This document shows, piece by piece, positions 52,431 to 63,865 of a DNA stretch of 64,000 nt. Source of the DNA: Octopus sinensis. Taxonomy: Eukaryota. The DNA lies in assembly GCF_006345805.1 (NCBI RefSeq), contig NC_043019.1:21017360-21081359 (forward strand), read 5' to 3'. Position 1 is the first letter of the stretch. Each line of letters opens with the position of its first letter. The position numbers and the translations under genes were made by a program. The notes below the pieces were generated by a model. That model was not told the DNA's origin, ran no database searches, and was given only the letters and a program-made list of their open reading frames with translations.

Positions 52431-53955
52431 TCTCTCTCCTCTCTGATGTATTGGCTGTTTATCTTTGTGTGTGGGAGTTGTGGGTGTATAAAATAAAATA
52501 AAGAATATATCCGATGTTAGATTTCTGTGCCATAATATTGGACACTTCCGATTACAAATATCGGCAGGCACATTAGTCCGTTTTTTGTTAGACTTTTCCT
52601 TCTTTCTGTTTTGTTTTATATTTTAAGCTGTTTTTCCTTTTAAAATGTGTTTAGAAACACGGGCATGGCTGTGTGATGAAGAATTTTGCTTTGCAACCAC
52701 ATGGTTTTGGGTTCAATTCTTCTGTGTGGCATCTTGGGCTTGTGTTTTGTTCTGGATCAACCAATGCTTTGTGAGTGAATTTGGTAAACAGAAACTGTTG
52801 GAATCCTTAAGGCGTTGAGCTGGCAGAAACGTTAGCATGCCAGACGAAATGCTTAGCGGTATTTCGTCTGCAGCTACATTCTGAGTTCAAAATTCCGCTG
52901 AGGCCGACTTAGCCTTTCATCCTTTCAAGGTCGATTAAGTAAGTACCAGTTATGCACTGGGGTCGATCTAATCGACTTCATCCGTTTGTCTGTCCTTGTT
53001 TGTCCCCTCTGTGTGTAGCCCCTTGTGGGGAGTAAAGAAATGAGAAACTGTTGGAATCCTGTTGCATTTGGTGCATGCATGTGCATGTTGATATTTCGTT
53101 TGCCACCATTTGAGAGTGAAGCAATTCTGATGTTGATATTACAACCTGTTGCTCTGCACTTTTAGAAACCTATACACTAAAAAAAAAAACCTTGAAGAAC
53201 ATATGAGGGTTAGGAACAGGAAGAGTATCCTGTTGTGAAATCTGCTTCATTTCAGTTTACATCCATGCCTTGAGAGCAAGGAAAAGCAGACATTAAACCC
53301 TTTAGCATTCAGATTACTCCGTCAAATGTAATGCATAGTTATTCCTTGTAGCTGTGAGATTTCAAAGATTTAATTGTTTGTTTTTTGAATGACATTATGG
53401 GCTAGGTGTGAGAGGTCAAATCTGGCCATAATCTGAACATAAAGTGAATGGAATATTTGAGCCAGATATGGTCAGTTTAAATGTTATAGGATTAAAACAA
53501 ATGACAAATAAATAATTTCTGTATTTTGTGAACAATTTGATGGTGAGAGTAACAAGGAAGTGTCTGTGCCCCTCAGGCAGACATAAAATGCTCTACACTG
53601 TTTTTTTTTCTTGTTTGTTTGTTGGCTCCAGTTTATGGAAGAGGGTTCTCCTTGGTGTTTACAATTTTTATCAATAAACATCAGAAAAAGTTATATATGT
53701 ACTTACATAGACATAAGTGCTTACATACACATACTCTCATACACATGTACATTTGAAGAGCTAGTTACAAACTAGAAGTTACTTTGAAAGGGCTTAAGAT
53801 GATATTATACGTTGAGAATGGTATTATCTATTTGATAAAAAGATTCATGACAAGCAATCAAATGTTCTAATCAGATAAGCGTTTGAAATGTTTTTTATCT
53901 TAAAAACTCTTAGTGAAAAAATTTAACCATATGTAATGCATTAATCAATAAATTT

Positions 53956-54007
<52 letters not shown>

Positions 54008-54539
54008 TATATAGTGTAATAAATAAAGTATATGCATACATACAAACATATATGTACGTACCTACATCTACATGTATATATACATGCATATATAAATATA
54101 TATACGTGAGTACAGGACACCACAACTAGATGTAGAACTCAACGAGAAACGAAAACGGAAAAGCCATTTTTTTTACAACAGAAAAACAGACGTGGAACTG
54201 GATGAGAAACGAAAACGGGAAAAACATTTTTTTACAACAAAAAAACAGAGTACAGGACATACTACACAAGGAAAAATCCCCAATCATCAGCTGTCGCTAG
54301 TAGACTCAAGCGTGTTTCGAAGGCAATATTTATTTATCTACCTCATGCTAGAATGGACAAATGGATGTAAAAATGAAAAAAACAGTAATAATAATACTCG
54401 TGTATGTTGGTGCTATTTCATTTCTATTTAACATTCATTTTTCGTTGCTATAAAGACTTACTGAGACAGCCTTTTACATTTTGATGTTGTTCCTCTTGTC
54501 AAGCTTCACCAGTCTTTCTAATAAAGGGTGTTTTTTTTT

Positions 54540-55013
54540 CCCCATTGGTTCTCAAAAGAATGAATTTTTGTAAAGGAATGCAAAAATAACATTATCGTTT
54601 TTCTCAGTATCATGCGAAGATACAGAATGTAGACATTTACTCATGCATACATATACAAAACGTTTTCCTTTAAGGTCTTTTTTTCATTCGGGGGAACAGA
54701 AGAAATCACAGGGAGCAAGAATGAGGCGAATACGGAGGGTGGGTAAGCGAGGTTATGCCAATTTTGGCAAAAACTGTCTCACACTCAAGGTGGTGTGTGC
54801 AGGTGCATTGTTGTGATGAAACCACCACTCTGTTCCTTCATTTAAGCCATTGCAAAAAATCGATGAATCGGGGAGAAGTACTGCAAAACAAAGACACACC
54901 ATATGGCAGTATGACTTCACTTCACAGACTGATGCCTGAGGTTCACATCAAGTGGAAGCCTGAACTGCAACGGGCTTGTCCCAAAAGAATATTTCCAGTT
55001 ACTCTTGGATACC

Positions 55014-55016
<3 letters not shown>
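54540..55016 (-). mobile_element. Internally deleted mariner transposon remnant
   Basis: Minus translation WWFHHNNAPAHTTLSVRQFL and THPPYSPH..APCDFF..KDLKGKRF (mariner HDNAPxH and HPPYSPDLAPxD motifs). One end aggggtatccaagagtaactgg abuts a TA run. Confidence 0.8.
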
Positions 55017-55044
<28 letters not shown>

Positions 55045-55054
55045 GGTGTGTGAA

Positions 55055-56040
55055 GAAGTGCCACACCCTGGCAGTTGAGGGGACCTGTGGAAGAGGTAGA
55101 CCCAGGAAAACCTGGGTCGAGGTGGTGAAGCACGACCTTCGAACTCTAGGTCTCACCAAGGAAATGACCAGAGACCGAGACCTATGGAAGTATGCTGTGC
55201 GTCAGAAGACCCGGCAAGACCAGTGAGAACAATCAAAATCAAATCATATATCAGAAAGCAGGGGTTTGTTCGTGTCCACTGTCAGCCTCGTCTGGCACCC
55301 GTGTCGGTGATACGTAAAAGCACCATTCGCTCGTGGCCGTTTGCCAGCTCTGTCTGGCCCCCGTGTCGGTGGCACGTAAAAGCACCATCCGTTCGTGTTT
55401 GTTGCCAGCCTCGCCTGGCCCCGTGCCGGTGACACGTAAAAGCACCGTCCGTTCGTGGCCGTTTGCCAGCTCCGTCTGGCCCCGTGTCGGTGGCACATAA
55501 AAGCACCGTCCGTTCGTGTCCGTTGCCAGCCTCGGCTGGCCCCCGTGCCGGTGACACGTAAAAGCACCGTCTGTTCGTGGCCGTTTGCCAGCTCTGTCTG
55601 GCCCCGTGTCGGTGGCACGTAAAAGCACCATCTGTTCGTGTTCGTAGCCAGCCTCGGCTGGCCCCCGTGCAGGTGACACGTAAAAGCACCGTCCGTTCGT
55701 GGCCGTTTGCCAGCTCTGTCTGGCCCCGTGTCGGTGGCACGTAAAAGCACCATCCGTTCGTGTCCGTTGCCAGCATTGCCTGGCCCCGTGCCGGTGACAC
55801 GTAAAAACACCATCCGTTCATGGCCGTTCGCCAGCTCTGTCTGGCACCTGTGCAGGTGGCACGTAAAAAACACCCACTACACTCGCAGAGTGGTTGGCGT
55901 TAGGAAGGGCATCCAGCCGTAGAAACACTGCCAAATCTGACTGGGCCTGATGAAGCCTTCCGGCTTCACAGACCCCAGTTAAACCATCCAACCCATGCTA
56001 GCATGGAAAACGGACGCTAATGATGATGATGATGATGATG
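55055..56040 (+). mobile_element. RTE LINE 3' end: ORF terminus, tandem-repeat 3' UTR, conserved tail and (ATG)n end
   Basis: VKKCHTLAVEGTCGRGRPRKTWVEVVKHDLRTLGLTKEMTRDRDLWKYAVRQKTRQDQ* ends at 55226. Then a ~61-bp array, the tail gtggttggcgttaggaagggcatccag...catgctagcatggaaaacggacgc, and (GAT)n. Confidence 0.85.
55270..55875 (+). repeat. Minisatellite of ten ~60-62 bp units alternating between two types (AB higher-order repeat)
   Basis: Type B (tcgtgtccgttgccagcctc..ggtgacacgtaaaagcacc) and type A (tcgtggccgtttgccagctc..ggtggcacgtaaaagcacc) alternate five times. Confidence 0.9.
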
Positions 56041-56049
56041 ATATATATA

Positions 56050-56255
56050 TCTGGCACCTGTGCAGGTGGCACGTAAAAAGCACCCACTACACTCGCGGAG
56101 TGGTTGGCGTTAGGAAGGGCATCCAGCTGTAGAAACTCTGCCAAATCAGACTGGAGCCTGGTGCAGCCCCTGGCTTCCCAGATCTCGGTCGAACCGTCCA
56201 ACCCGTGCTAGCGCAGAAAACGGACGTTAAACGATGATGATGATGATGATGATGA
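56050..56255 (+). mobile_element. 5'-truncated copy of the RTE 3' UTR/tail repeat
   Basis: ctggcacctgtgcaggtggcacgtaaaaagcacccactac...cggacgttaaacgatgatgatg. Confidence 0.85.
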
Positions 56256-57795
56256 TATATATGCACACATACTGTGAACTTCTGTACAGTTTCCATCCTC
56301 CAAATCTCTCTCAAAAGGTATTGATCAATCTAATGTTACGGTTGAAGATGCATATGTACTCAGTGTTGTGCAGTGTCATTGAACTGTGGAACCACTTGAG
56401 CTTGCTAAAGGAACTTCTTAAGATCACAACGATGCATGCATCCACCCTCTCCAATCCCAAAACATTCTGCCCTACCCTATCACTCCCACACTCGTTAGAA
56501 ATCCTGCTTTTTTGGCGGGGTGGAGAGTCAGATATTTCTTGGGCAAAAGTATCTCAAAAAAACATGTCAACTAAGTTGTGTACAGAAGTTGTTGCAAGAG
56601 GTGGACAAATGATTTTTATTTGCTCTTATCTCTCTCTCTCTCCACCCTGGCCACCCCTTACTTACACTTGTTTGCTCTGGCTGATGATGTTAGATAAATC
56701 ATATTCTGTTTATTTCTATTTATTTTCTGAAATACCAACATGTTTCTTGGCATCAGTCATTTCATTCCTCCAGCCATCCCACTTCAAATACCAGCATGTT
56801 TTTCTCTCTGTCTCTGCTCCTATTCCTGCCTGCTCCTCCCTTGTAGCTTTCGATTCTTTTTCTTCTTTTTTTATATGTCCTATAAAAATATTTGAATTTA
56901 AAGTTTAAAAGCAAAAAATGAAAGAAAAAAGAGACTGAAAAAATATCTGCAAGGAGAAAATATTCTTCTCTACTCCAAAGTGAAGAGTCTTTGCTTCTAA
57001 TCCAGCCTTTTACAACTGGGATCTAACTTGAAGGTTAATCACGTAAGATTGATTGAAGTAGAGAGAGAGAGTTGTAACAATGTTTGAGAGTTGTTAGTCA
57101 CCCATTTAACAAGCTCAGATATCAGTTAGGAGAAAATAGAGTCTGTTAATTATGGTAAATACGTAGGTAGGCAGGCAGGTAGCAGCCATTCCAGTCAAAT
57201 ACTTACACACGAGCTCATCAAGAGTGCATCCACATGGTTGCTCAATCTGCTAGAAATACTAAGCAAATCTCCCTTAATCACACTCTACCCCTTTGAAAAA
57301 AATGAACGATGCAAGGGTAACCAAAAATATGCAAAGACCTTAGTGTGATTATGGCTGGAATAACTTTGATCATAGGACTGCTTATTCAGAACTGATCTAG
57401 TATTAAACAATGGCAACAATGACTATCACTGATTCAATAGATGAGCTTCCATGCAGTGATTTGATCTGCTAGAAATAGCAACCAAGTCTCATTCATCATA
57501 TTCTGCTATCTTTAAAAAATGGAAGGACACATTGGATAATAATATGGTTCTAAAGAACACTGCCTTGAATGATGGGATGATCACAGACAGACTGCTTTTA
57601 GATCATAAGCATGTTGGATTAAGGTTGATCTGGGGCTAAGCAATAACAGTAAACGCATCACACCAGACATTATTTTTCCCATGTATTCAACCAAGTATAC
57701 CCTAAATCTAAGAAAAAACTGCATCATACCACAGAATTTTCTTGAGCAACTCCTAAATATTGGTGGATACTCTTAGCTGTAGCTTGGATGTTGGG

Positions 57796-58083
57796 CATTG
57801 TCAACTGCTGCTCTGTTAGTTGACGCCATTATCAGGTGATGGACATTGTCAACTGCTGCTCTGTTAGTTGACACCATTATCAGGTGGTGGACATTGTCAA
57901 CTGCTGCTCTGTTAGTTGACACCATTATCTGGTGATGGACATTGTCATCTGCTGCTCTGTTAGTTGACATCATTAACAGGTGGTGGACATTGTCAACTGC
58001 TGCTCTGTTAGTTGACACCATTATCAGGTGGTGGACATTGTCAACTGCTGCTCTGTTAGTTGACACCATTAACAGGTGGTGGA
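57796..58083. repeat. 48-bp minisatellite, six copies
   Basis: Unit cattgtcaactgctgctctgttagttgacaccattatcaggtggtgga starts at 57796, 57844, 57892, 57940, 57988 and 58036. Confidence 0.95.
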
Positions 58084-58555
58084 AGCCAACAATTGTGGCT
58101 CTGATGGGGAACGTTGTCAAATGAAGCTTTGCTGGTATATATCATCAAAAGAAACTTTGTTAATTGAGACCATCAAATGAAACTCTGCCAGTGGATATCA
58201 TCAAAAGAAGGTTTTCTAAGGGACACTTGTCAACTGCGCATGGATATCTTCTGTTATTTGTATGTCTGCCAATGAATGTTTCCTGTCAACTGCAAATTTG
58301 ACCAATAGCTACATTCTGTCAAATGTCGCTCTGCCAGTGGATGCTCACCACTAAATACAGGTTTGCTGACAGAGATTTATCTTTAGCTACTGATCTGCTA
58401 GTGGAGACTATAAATTGAGGCTTTTTAGATAAAAGCAGTCAACTGAGACTCTGATGGTGGATGCTATCAACTTCATTCTGGTGCAGTAGATGATAAATGG
58501 CCAGCAATGTTTGTAGAACTGTGCTATTAGTCAATGGTCATCTTCCTCTTTGGAA

Positions 58556-58775
58556 CCCTTCAGCATTTAAACTGGTAATATCCAGCCCAAATATTCTAGC
58601 TGTTTTATGTTTAGACCAGCCAGGTCTGGCCTCTCACATCTAATCTACAATGCCATTCTAAGAATATACAACCACATCACAGAAATCTCGAAGGTACAAG
58701 ATAATGCAGGATTAATTCAAAACAATGTGAATGAATAAACATAACATTTGGCAGAGTAATCTGAATGCTAAAGTG
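58556..58775. mobile_element. Degenerate piggyBac-like MITE family 1
   Basis: Internal match to 9229-9450 with eroded ends. Further eroded copies at about 6983-7200, 24620-24838 and 53298-53491. Confidence 0.65.
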
Positions 58776-59584
58776 TTAAAGACAGTATGGTGTGATTTGA
58801 AGGACATTTGGTTGTTACTTCTAGCAGTTCAAGCAACTGCTCGGAAGATACCTCGTTGGTTTATTTAGAAAGAGAAAGGTGGAGAGACAGACAGACAGAC
58901 TTGTGTTACAAAAAACTAGAAATACTGGTAAGTGTAGTGTTGATAATTAGCCAAATTCTGAAAATAGTTGCTAAATGAAGCTGTGTGATTTTAATGTAGG
59001 GCTTTCTTCTGGTCCAGAATGTATTGGCTGCTATTTCTGGAAGGTCAAAACTCTAATTGGTTTTGTCACTGGCCTGCTTGTTGCTGGCCCAGATTCAGCA
59101 AATTTATGATAAAAAGAAAAACATTCCAGCTATGGCCAACTTGTCTTTTTTTCTTCTCTCAAGAATCTTGTATCTAATGCTGAAGACTGAAAGAGGCCCA
59201 TCGTATACGTATATACCTATGTGTGTGTGTCTTTGTGTCTGTTTATTCTATCATCATTGCTTGACAACTGATATTACATCCTCATAACTTAGTGATTTAG
59301 TAAAAAGAGACCAATTGAATAGGTACTAGGCTTAGAAAGAATAAGTCCTGGGGTCAATTTCTTCGACTAAAAAACTTGCATTCAAAATGACTGAAACAAG
59401 TAAAAGAATAAAATATACACAAAGTAAGCGCATAAGTGCAAAACAAGGTGGAATAATTGGTACTTGAACACCAAAGATAGAGTAATATACTGTTTATTAA
59501 AGCTGGAAAAATTTTCACTAACTGTTACTCAGTTTCACTTCACTATTTATCAAACAGTTGTGATCATACTCTATGTACAATCAA

Positions 59585-59618
59585 AACTATCTGATGAACT
59601 TGAAACTGAGTGACAGTT
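59585..59618 (+). ncRNA. Degenerate minimal hammerhead-like motif (family 3, right arm)
   Basis: AACTAT-CTGATGA-ACTT-GAAA-CT G AG-TG-ACAGTT. The inverted copy at 59520-59559 has perfect stem I AACTGT/ACAGTT and a GUA triplet but an eroded core. Confidence 0.4.
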
Positions 59619-59635
59619 TGTGAAGATTTTTCAGC

Positions 59636-60029
59636 GAGTGGCTGTGTGGTAAGTAGCTTGCCTACCAACCACATGGTTCCGGGTTCAGTCCCACTGCATG
59701 GCATCTTGGGCAAGTGTCTTCTGCTATAGCCCCGGGCTGACCAATGCCTTGTGAGTGGATATGGTAGACGGAAACTGAAAGAAGCCTGTCGTATCTATGT
59801 ATATATATATGTATATGTATGTATGTGTGTGTATATGTTTGTGTGTCTGTGTTTGTCCCCACCAACATCGCTTGACAACCGATGCTGGTGTGTTTACGTC
59901 CCCGTCACTTAGCGGACCGATAGGATAAGTACTGGGCTTACAAAGAATAAGTCCCAGGGTCGATTTGCTCGACTAAAGGCGGTGCTCCAGCATGGCCGCA
60001 GTCAAATGACTGAAACAAGTAAAAGAGTT
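59636..60029 (+). mobile_element. SINE family A, full length
   Basis: Same head, body and tail as 23821-24230. Confidence 0.85.
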
Positions 60030-61658
60030 ATATCTATATATATATATATATATATAGATAGATAGATTACAAGAATAATCTCTACACCACATAATATAAA
60101 TATTAATGAAAAAAAAAAGTATGATTAACAGCATTAAGCATTTAAATTTTTAAATTTTTTTCAGTATTCACACACTTTCTAAATTGCATAATTGTTGAAA
60201 GACCATTAAACGAAGTGCCTTGCTGTATTTAGTTACATATCTTGTTCTGAGTTCCAACTTCTTATCTTTGGCAGTCAACTTATACTGTGGTTGGTTAGTT
60301 TACTCACTTATGTCAACCCTCACTCTCTTCCACTTCTCTACATATTTGTGGTCTTGTATTTGTGGTCTTGTATCAATAATCCAAGAAACCATTAATTATT
60401 CCATTCTAAGATCATGTGTTTATTGCATCAGATTATATAATAAGTTAATTAGTTCCATATTTTATACTCATTAAAAGTTATATTAATTGCTTCAGAACTG
60501 TTTTTGCAAATATTTCTATAAAAAGAAAGAAATTTTTTTTGATATATTAAGTGTTAGTCATGGCTGTATGGTAGGAAGTTAGCTTCCTAACCACATGGTT
60601 TTTGGTTCAGTCCCACTACGTGACACTTTGGGTGTCTTCAAAATATTACCCCAGGCCAACCAAAGTTTTGTGAGTACATTTGGTTGATGGAAACTAAAAC
60701 ATGCCTGTTTTGTGTGTGTGTGTGTGTGTTTGTGTTTGTCCCACACCACTGCTTGACAACTTTGTATTGGTTTGTTTACATCCCCACAATTTAGCAGTTT
60801 GGCAAAAAAGAACAAACCCTCAAGACGGTGCCCCAGCATAGCTGCTGCCCAATGACTAAAACGAGTGCATGCCATCAAAGTGACACTGGGGTAAAATATA
60901 CTAAGCCCAGTATACCCATCATGACTACCAGTCTGATTAGGGTACACCAGGCACATGCATCACAACCATATGTGCGCAATATAGTGATCTCATATCAAGA
61001 TAAACAGTGCATGACCTTGCAGGTGGGACCTAGTTAGAATTTTTTCTTCAGGTTGAGTAACCCATCCCACTCAAGAGGTCCCTGAATAATGGTTTTTTAA
61101 GGATGATGAACAAAACGCCCATGTTTCCAAAGGTGAATTATCCAAACCCCGAAGAATTCCTCTCAACACATGGATATGATGCCCCTCCCCCACTATTTCT
61201 GCTCATGATCAGAGATGCACACATCATCAGCCACTAAGGGACATGCACAACTGGTTATGGTCAAGCAACTGACAAGCAAATTTATTATTGAGCAGAATAT
61301 TTGCTGTAGCCCTTCTTCTTCTTTTTCTTCTTTTTCTTTTTCTTCTTCTCATTATTATTATTGGTCAGTTTGTTTGCATTTAACTAATTGTCTAATTGAT
61401 TGTTTAATTAATTGTTTGGTCAGTCATCTAAACAAAAAGACTTTGACAGACTTCATCAATTAATTGGTTAAAAGGTTAACAAATTGACATAATAATAACA
61501 ATAAAAGAAGTGAAATAGAACCACTGTGTCTTTATTATTAACAAACTGACCCTCCAAGAGACAACAAAATTTGTTTCAACACACTACTTCAAATGAAGAA
61601 TCTTGCAAACCAAATACAAAAACATTTTATTTAAATGATTTTTCTTTTTCAATTTCAG

Positions 61659-61775
61659 AAACTCTTGTTAAACAATTCAAATGCAAAGATGGATATCACA
61701 TTCCGTTGAGCTGGGTGTGTGATGGCGAGAGGGATTGTCTTCACGAGGAAGACGAACTTGCAGATGAAGAGCAAT
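61659..61775 (+). CDS. Internal coding exon encoding one atypical LDL-receptor class A repeat (ETLVKQFKCKDGYHIPLSWVCDGERDCLHEEDELADEEQC); parent gene not identifiable
   Basis: Acceptor tttctttttcaatttcag ends at 61658 and donor gtatgt starts at 61776. The exon is 117 nt and phase 1-1, typical of LDLa exons. It has the F-x-C...I...W-x-C-D-G-x-x-D-C...D-E...C signature. The last Cys codon is split by the intron. Confidence 0.85.
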
Positions 61776-61974
61776 GTATGTTGTATTCATTTAAAGATAA
61801 TATCTTCTTTGCATGATTTCTCTGGTTTTCAGTCATTTTTGGCTACTGTTGCATCAAACTACTTCTAACTGTTTCTTGTCAATTTTTACTAAGTTTGTAA
61901 ACAGCAGTTGTCCCTCTAAATATATTACTGACTTCATGAACAGGAAGTCAAAGTAATTTCCTATATGTAAAAAC

Positions 61975-62266
61975 ACACACACACATATATGTATGTGTAT
62001 ATGTATGTGTATGTATCCACATGTTAACATACATACACATGCACACACATGTATATGTGTGTATATATAAACAAATAAATGTATCTGTGAATATATGTGT
62101 TTACATAGATATATGCATACATATGGCATACACATAATATACACATGCATACAAATATATACACACACACACACATACATAGATACATTCACATACACAT
62201 AATATACACATGCATACAAATATATACACATACATACATAGATACATTCAACCACACACACATGGA

Positions 62267-62303
<37 letters not shown>

Positions 62304-62820
62304 GAATGTATGTATATTCTGTTGACCATTTTGTTATAGTGGAAGAGAGAGTACATTGGTGTTCAACTCATTTAAACATATGAAGCTAAACATTTATACA
62401 CACTTGATAACTGTATATAAATAAATTACTTGTATCGCTTTAACACATCCTTACAGATTTATTTCAGACATTTCATATATACACACGCACACGTGCACAC
62501 ACACACGTGTGCACACACACACGTGCACACACACACACACACACACATACACACAGCTTGGTTGTGAAGACTGCCTTACCGTGATATGAGGCATTATTTA
62601 TATACAACACGTGTGTGTGTTGTATATATGTATGTATATTTATACATACATGTGCTACACGCTTATATAGATACACGTGTGCTACATATATATATATACA
62701 CACACATATATACACACACACACATATATACACACACAAACATATATATACACACATACACACACCGATGTACATACATAAATACATATACATGTGTGTG
62801 CATGTATATATGTATCAGAT
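61975..62820. repeat. Mixed (CA)n/(TA)n/(TACA)n microsatellite fields in the intron after the LDLa exon
   Basis: Directly visible. Confidence 0.85.
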
Positions 62821-63825
62821 GTTTAGTGACTATGTTTAAATCGGTTTATCATTTCCCTCTTTCTTTTCTCTCTCTCTTGCTCTCTCTCTCTCTCTCTCTC
62901 TCTCTACCATATTTGTTCATTAACAGAATTTTCAACAGAATTTTCACATACCGAAAAAATAAAATTATTTTATGATTTCCCCTAACCGAAACAACTGTAC
63001 AAACAACACTGCTGGAACTAAATTGAATTTTAACATCGTTTAATTGTGAAAAACAAAAAACAAAAACAAAAACAAAAAACAACACCCCCTCCTTTCTTTG
63101 ACTTCTTTTAATAATTTATTAAAAAAAACAAAACAACCCCCCTCCTCAAACTCCCCACTGACTTGATCAATTAACTTTTTAATCATTTTTTGAATTTCAT
63201 GGTTGATGAATCTTTTGTATTGGTGTTTCATGTTAATATTTCTTTCTACATCACTGCACGATAATTTCTCACAACATCACCTCCGTCTCTGGTCCTCTAC
63301 ATGGACACTGCTATGTGTTTTCGTGTTCTTGTCTTCATTTTGTTTTTTAACATTTTTTTTCTCTATATTATTAAGATTATTATTTTATTTCGAAGTTAAA
63401 ACTAACAACCTGATAAACTTGATTTCTGTACTAAAAGGAACTCTGTGAGGTGGGAGAACTTACCTATTCATTACAAATATATATTTGTGTTATTTGAAAA
63501 GCCAAAACAATGTGAGCTACTGAACAAAATCAATGGTTTATACTTTTCATTGTATATGTTGATATTTCGAGGTGAAGAGCCCCTCTTCATGAAAAATAAA
63601 GCCAGCTTGCACACTCTCTCTCTTTACTCTTTTACTTGTTTCAGTCATTTGACTGCGGCCATCCTGGAGCACCGCCTTAGTCGAGCAAATCAACCCCAGG
63701 TCTTATTCTTTGTAAGCCTAGTACTTATTCTATCGGTCTCTCTTGCCGAACCGCTAAGTTACGGGGATGCAAACACACCAGCATCGGTTGTCAAGTGATG
63801 TTGGGGGGACAAACACAGACACACA

Positions 63826-63865
<40 letters not shown>

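Noticed and set aside
53631-53720. Acceptor followed by YGRGFSLVFT, resembling a CUB-domain C-terminus
   Set aside because: Only about 8 similar residues, no phase-1 donor to join the LDLa exon, and the frame runs into microsatellite.
54275-54325. Minus-strand GAAAC...GTC...CTGATGA, a possible permuted hammerhead
   Set aside because: Stems I and II do not pair convincingly. It may be a decayed fourth family but is unsupported from this copy.
55244-55873. Regularly spaced repeats with long ORFs, superficially CRISPR-like or a repeat protein
   Set aside because: No unique spacers, no cas genes, eukaryotic context. The array is the 3' UTR of an RTE LINE.
55944-55965. CTGATGA followed by an AGCC/GGCT hairpin
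   Set aside because: No GAAA core follows; other copies of this tail read ctggtgca.
56234-56908. 224-aa ORF
   Set aside because: Starts in an (ATG)n retro-tail, has no recognisable domain, and has no splice signals framing it.
57796-58083. Palindromic repeat units resembling CRISPR direct repeats
   Set aside because: Units are contiguous, with no variable spacers.
60860-61310. Block that looks like an interspersed repeat
   Set aside because: Single copy in the window with no TIR, TSD or coding motif, so it cannot be classified from the sequence alone.
63203-63448. Hydrophobic ORF resembling a signal peptide or TM segment downstream of the LDLa exon
   Set aside because: T-rich intronic composition. 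No phase-compatible acceptor starting with G-T/C to complete the split Cys codon.
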